Part shown: piece after piece, positions 60,090-64,000 of the stretch | How the letters are laid out: the number at the start of each line of letters is the position of its first letter | Position numbering within the stretch: position 1 is the first letter of the stretch | From: Obrimoposthia wandeli | Lineage: Eukaryota | Direction of reading: 5' to 3' | NCBI GenBank assembly: GCA_977020255.1 | Contig: CDROCS010000840.1 | Location: forward strand, 496,001 to 560,000 | DNA length: 64,000 nucleotides | Notes under the pieces: model-generated | The model's database searches: none | The model's input: the letters and a program-made list of their open reading frames with translations, nothing else | Told to the model about the DNA's origin: nothing | Translations under genes and position numbers: made by a program

Positions 60090-63000
60090 CTATCTTAGAC
60101 TATAGTGTCCATATGCGACGGATTTGTTTTTCTCAATCCAAACCCTTTATCGTCATAACACCTTAACGCAATTTTATCATTATACATTGTAACTAATTGA
60201 TGATTACGAGATAAAATACGTGTCTTACCGGAAGTTATAATTTTATCATCGACATAACACTTGATGTAATGCCTATGTCTGATTTCGGTTTGTTTAAGGG
60301 AGATACCCTTAGCCCTCATACTCGTTTTCAATGAGTAGCATTTAGGTTTCAGAAATACCCATTCATCATAAATCACTGTCCCCTTGCTTTCATCTTTAAA
60401 CTTTCCAATCACATTTCGATGAGAATCGTTAAATAACTCATGTGTGAGCGGGTAATTACTAGTATCTAACATCTGATCTTTAATCATTTGTTTTAAGAGG
60501 ACATATTTATCTACATGCTTACACTCTAAGTAAAACGGGTCTGTATCCATTGCAACTATGTTGATATCACAATGATATTTCTTACGATACGTAGTTGGTA
60601 CATACGTAGTTTAGATAAGTCCAACACAGCTTAACCAATATATGAGGGTCGATCCAGACTAATTTCTTTCTTTTGCATAAATAAAAGATTGAGATTGTCG
60701 GTTATTTGATTATGCTTCTTAAACCAAGGGCTTGAAACAAGTTTAGTAAACTGCCGATCATTCTTGGTAAGACGGATATCTTTACGTTTTTTAAGATTTT
60801 CCACCGTCTTACCATTTATTGAGTTATTTTGAGTTTATAAAACTCTTTATCAAATGTAGTAGTACCCTCTGCCCGTTTCCGGCTATTGATATCATTATAT
60901 GTTTTAAATATAAGAGCTTGATGAAACTTTATTGCTCTATGCACTTGTTTAATTTCTGCACCCAGAAACAAGTAAAATTGTAGTAGTTGTGAGTGTATGA
61001 TGTAATTATTTTTATCCTCATGGGTCATCAACAGCTTTGAAGCTTTTGAGCCGGCAGGGATTTCTCTATTAGGCGCAATCAGTAAGTCATCAAGTTTATC
61101 ATGAATACTGATGGGTATGTGTAAATAAATTTCCAACAAGTATCCATGTTCTTTAAGACTTAAGTCCTGCATATTAATCTGTATGTGGTAACGGTTGACT
61201 CAAGGCCCAGCCATATAGGTTGTTTATGTCAATGTATAGGAGGAATGTTTCATCTGTTGTTTTAACGTAATGTTTATTGATGAAAGTCATCCCTCCCCAT
61301 ATCCCTGCCTCAAACATGTTATACATTTCGGGATCATGCAATAAATCCACGTCATACTCTAACGTTTTTAATGCGCTAGCCCAAATGAGACCGGGGATAC
61401 TAAAGAAATTGAGCGCCTCTAGATTATCATCATCTCTTACTTTCTGTCTAAAGGCCTCAAAAACATCACATAACAGATACACGTCAAGTTTCATATACTC
61501 AAGCATGTAGTCTTTAATAGTATTACACCCTAATACGGTCCACATCCTTAGGGCTTCATTATATTGTTGATCAGTGACTCGCGAAGGAAACTCAGATTTA
61601 GCGGGTAACTGCCTCTCCATAAGCCTATCAACACCACTAATACATTAATATGGAAATACCACCTTACTTGTTGCAATATTAGGGTTTAGGTATTGTATAG
61701 TATAAGGACAACTTGGCAAGTATGAAACTAAGGATTCAAGACTTGACGTTGTAAAAAGGTATGAATCAATGAATTTCATAGTCCCCCTCTTCATCTCTAT
61801 ACAGAGAGACATGAACCTTTCACTTGATTTAGGGATAATTAAAAAGTATTTACCTTTCAAGTCGGCATATTTTAGAATATGATGTATGTCATAACCCATA
61901 AGGTTATGAAACACCACAGGTAAAACTGGTCTCTTTGCAAACTTGCGACTTAAATTGCATTTGTTGCATGCCAAACCCATGTATTTACCCGTGATATGAT
62001 CATGATCTCTAACCATACGATCGTTTAATTTTTTACAAAGACAACAAATGGTGGCGCAATAGATTTAGACCAGTCAGAAAACTGACACTTGGTCTCTTTA
62101 GGCATCGTAAACAAGGTTGTTAAATCTGTATTAATATTACAATGTGCCCTGTGTTTGTCATATGAAATCGTGGTTCAAAAACCGAAAAGATATTTCTCAC
62201 ACCACATTATATTTTTGAGTATTTAAAAGTCTATTCAGGTTTGTATTCCCTGTATAGTGATAATTACCGCTCTGTTCCAACAGCAAAAAGTTTACTACTT
62301 TTTCGCACTGCTTAAGACTCGTTTTATAAATAACGTTAACATCTGGGTTTTTAAACACTAGATGACTACTATGAGTACTACCTTTGTAGGTTTATAGAAA
62401 AATACTGTTATCGCAATATTATTGAGTTTTTCAAACGCCTTGATGCAGTCTATCCTCATAGACCAGGCTCGCATATTAGTTCATTTAAATAATCATTATA
62501 GTTTTCAACTCTATGTCTGTTTCGATTGTGATCTTTATAACGTAGGATGCTGAGAACAGCGTATTTAAAACACTGATCATCAGTATTATTTACGTTCACT
62601 ATAAATAGTGTTTTAGCAAGCGCAACCGGGGTTTTTATAAATGATGATCCTGCTACGCTTAAAGTGCAGTAAATTTAAAGGATACCAACAGAATTTTAAA
62701 TACTGACGATCCCGAACTCATATCCTTATAAATTTCAATTTTATTGTTGAGCTCAACTTTTTTTTGAAGTGATAAAATCTTGTTCAAAAATATTTGCTTT
62801 ACAGCTTACATACCATGTTTTATGTTTACCCTCATTATTGACAAATTCTGTTTCAACACAAAACTGTACTTTACAGGGACCAAACATATCTATACTGCTA
62901 GTAAGTTCAGTTAGCATAGTATCGTTAATGTATAGTTTAAGCATGTTTAACCCACTAACATCAAAAACAAGGTTTGATTGAATTGCACCTCCTATTTGAT

Positions 63001-63681
63001 TGTTAAAAGTTAATGTATTATCTGAATTAATTGTAACAATATCATCAAAGTCATCATCCGTAATAGTTAGGAGCGAGTCGAAAAAATCATTTTCTGTTAT
63101 AAACTCGTCCTGATCTATAAGTTCATCAATATTATTATTTAAGATTTCATTAGTTATCTGATTAGGGGTTAAAGGCTCAATAATTTCTACAACTTCAGGA
63201 TTAGTATCAATTTCTTCAACACTATCCAGTTCCCACGAGTCTACCACATCAAACTCTTCATTAAGATTATTATTAGGTAAAATATTAGTTTTTGCTATTT
63301 TATTGTTGTTTATTGTACGCTCATTACTTTACATTTGTACGTTGACTTTTTAGATTTAAAAAACGTCAGATGATCCTTATGATCATTATAAAATGTTTGA
63401 TAATCAATACAATATAACACATCACAATGTGGACAAATAAAACCGCTTTTAAATTTATAATATTTAAGCATTACACTATGACATTCTATTCCATGATTAA
63501 CGTTTGTGCAATACTTGTACAATGTACATAAGTTACTTCCTCCACGAAGTTTAGGGTATACATGGATAATAGCCCTTTCATGTAAAACATTACTGATAGT
63601 AGCTTCCCTTTCAAAGGGCATGCCATTACGGTTAAAATAAATTTGGTCAGTCCCGAAGACTTCATATAATTTATACTTTCT
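60090..63681 (-). pseudogene. Ubiquitin-like leader - Zn finger - acidic linker - OTU-like region - pPolB, multiply frameshifted
   Basis: ...VYPKLRGG/SNLC, FICPHC..IDYQTF...H..HL, AGSSFIKTP...DDQCFKYAV...NYHY, RDHDHITG..CNKCN, FHNLMGYD, KFIDSY, FSIPGLIWASALK, YIDINNLYGWA, MDTDPF, GKFKDE, LKPKCY, RAKG. Confidence 0.92.
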
Positions 63682-63831
63682 TTAGTTAATTAAAATATTT
63701 TTTAAACGGGATATTTTCAAAACCCGAGTATATCTCATTTACATTAAAATTTTCTAACGAATTAACAGGTGACCCTACACGTGTCCCTGGTTTAAAAAGT
63801 AAGGGGTAACCTCTTGATTTATTTAACTTAC

Positions 63832-63888
63832 TCTGCGACTCCATTCCAGGAGTTAGACTGCCCCGCGTTACCGGACAGCTATCGCAGT
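63832..63888 (-). other. Structured 57-nt motif, copy 2
   Basis: Direct repeat of 59494-59550, located about 150 nt upstream of the ubiquitin-like leader. Confidence 0.7.
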
Positions 63889-63954
63889 CGGGATAATTAT
63901 ATTTGATTTAAAAAAAAGTTGATTTAAATGACTAGAATAGGGAGAAAAAACATG

Positions 63955-64000
63955 AGAAGAAGAAGAAGAAGAAGAAGAAGAAGAAGAAGAAGAAGAAGAA
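63955..64000. repeat. (GAA)n microsatellite running off the window end
   Basis: About 15 perfect GAA units. Confidence 0.98.

Larger units (their letters stand above)
59080..63890 (-). mobile_element. Polinton-type element C: pPolB cassette with small downstream ORF, structured direct repeats and hairpin
   Basis: pPolB homologous to element A; no capsid or integrase genes inside the window; upstream continuation unknown beyond the (GAA)n tract. Confidence 0.8.

Noticed and set aside
1-64000. Alternative genetic code explaining in-frame stops
   Set aside because: Interrupting stops include TAA, TAG and TGA together with frameshifts, and intact host or element genes terminate normally; consistent with decay (some single-base homopolymer shifts could be sequencing errors).

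Overview
AT-rich animal genomic DNA with spliceosomal genes and very short (38-41 nt) introns, dominated by Polinton/Maverick (adintovirus-like) elements of at least three families. (A) 1-10464 is the right-hand ~10.5 kb of a lightly decayed element. It carries the ATPase end, a pX-like protein, integrase-chromodomain, minor capsid, core protein, major capsid, adenain-type protease, a conserved ORF, protein-primed PolB, a motif-rich subterminal region, and the terminus ...CTACCTACT. (B) A heavily decayed family is present twice as a ~4 kb duplication (10465-14580 and 25908-31995); the second copy is interrupted by a 1935-bp solo-LTR-like insertion with an AATA TSD. (C) 59080-63890 (minus) is a pPolB cassette. 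Host genes are a two-exon COX6C-like gene, an MRG15/MORF4L1 gene of at least 9 exons, and an intronless RING-H2 ORF. There are also Gypsy, Tc1 and piggyBac remnants, inverted-repeat elements and tandem repeats. Most notable signals: a ubiquitin-like LRGG leader on the family C polymerase upstream of an OTU-like Cys/His pair; host-sized spliceosomal introns in Polinton protease and polymerase genes; two copies of a 57-nt three-way-junction motif bracketing the family C cassette; long subterminal hairpins in two elements; and a 12-unit palindrome/spacer array inside the solo LTR. All assignments come from manual reading and motif recognition; no searches or folding programs were run.
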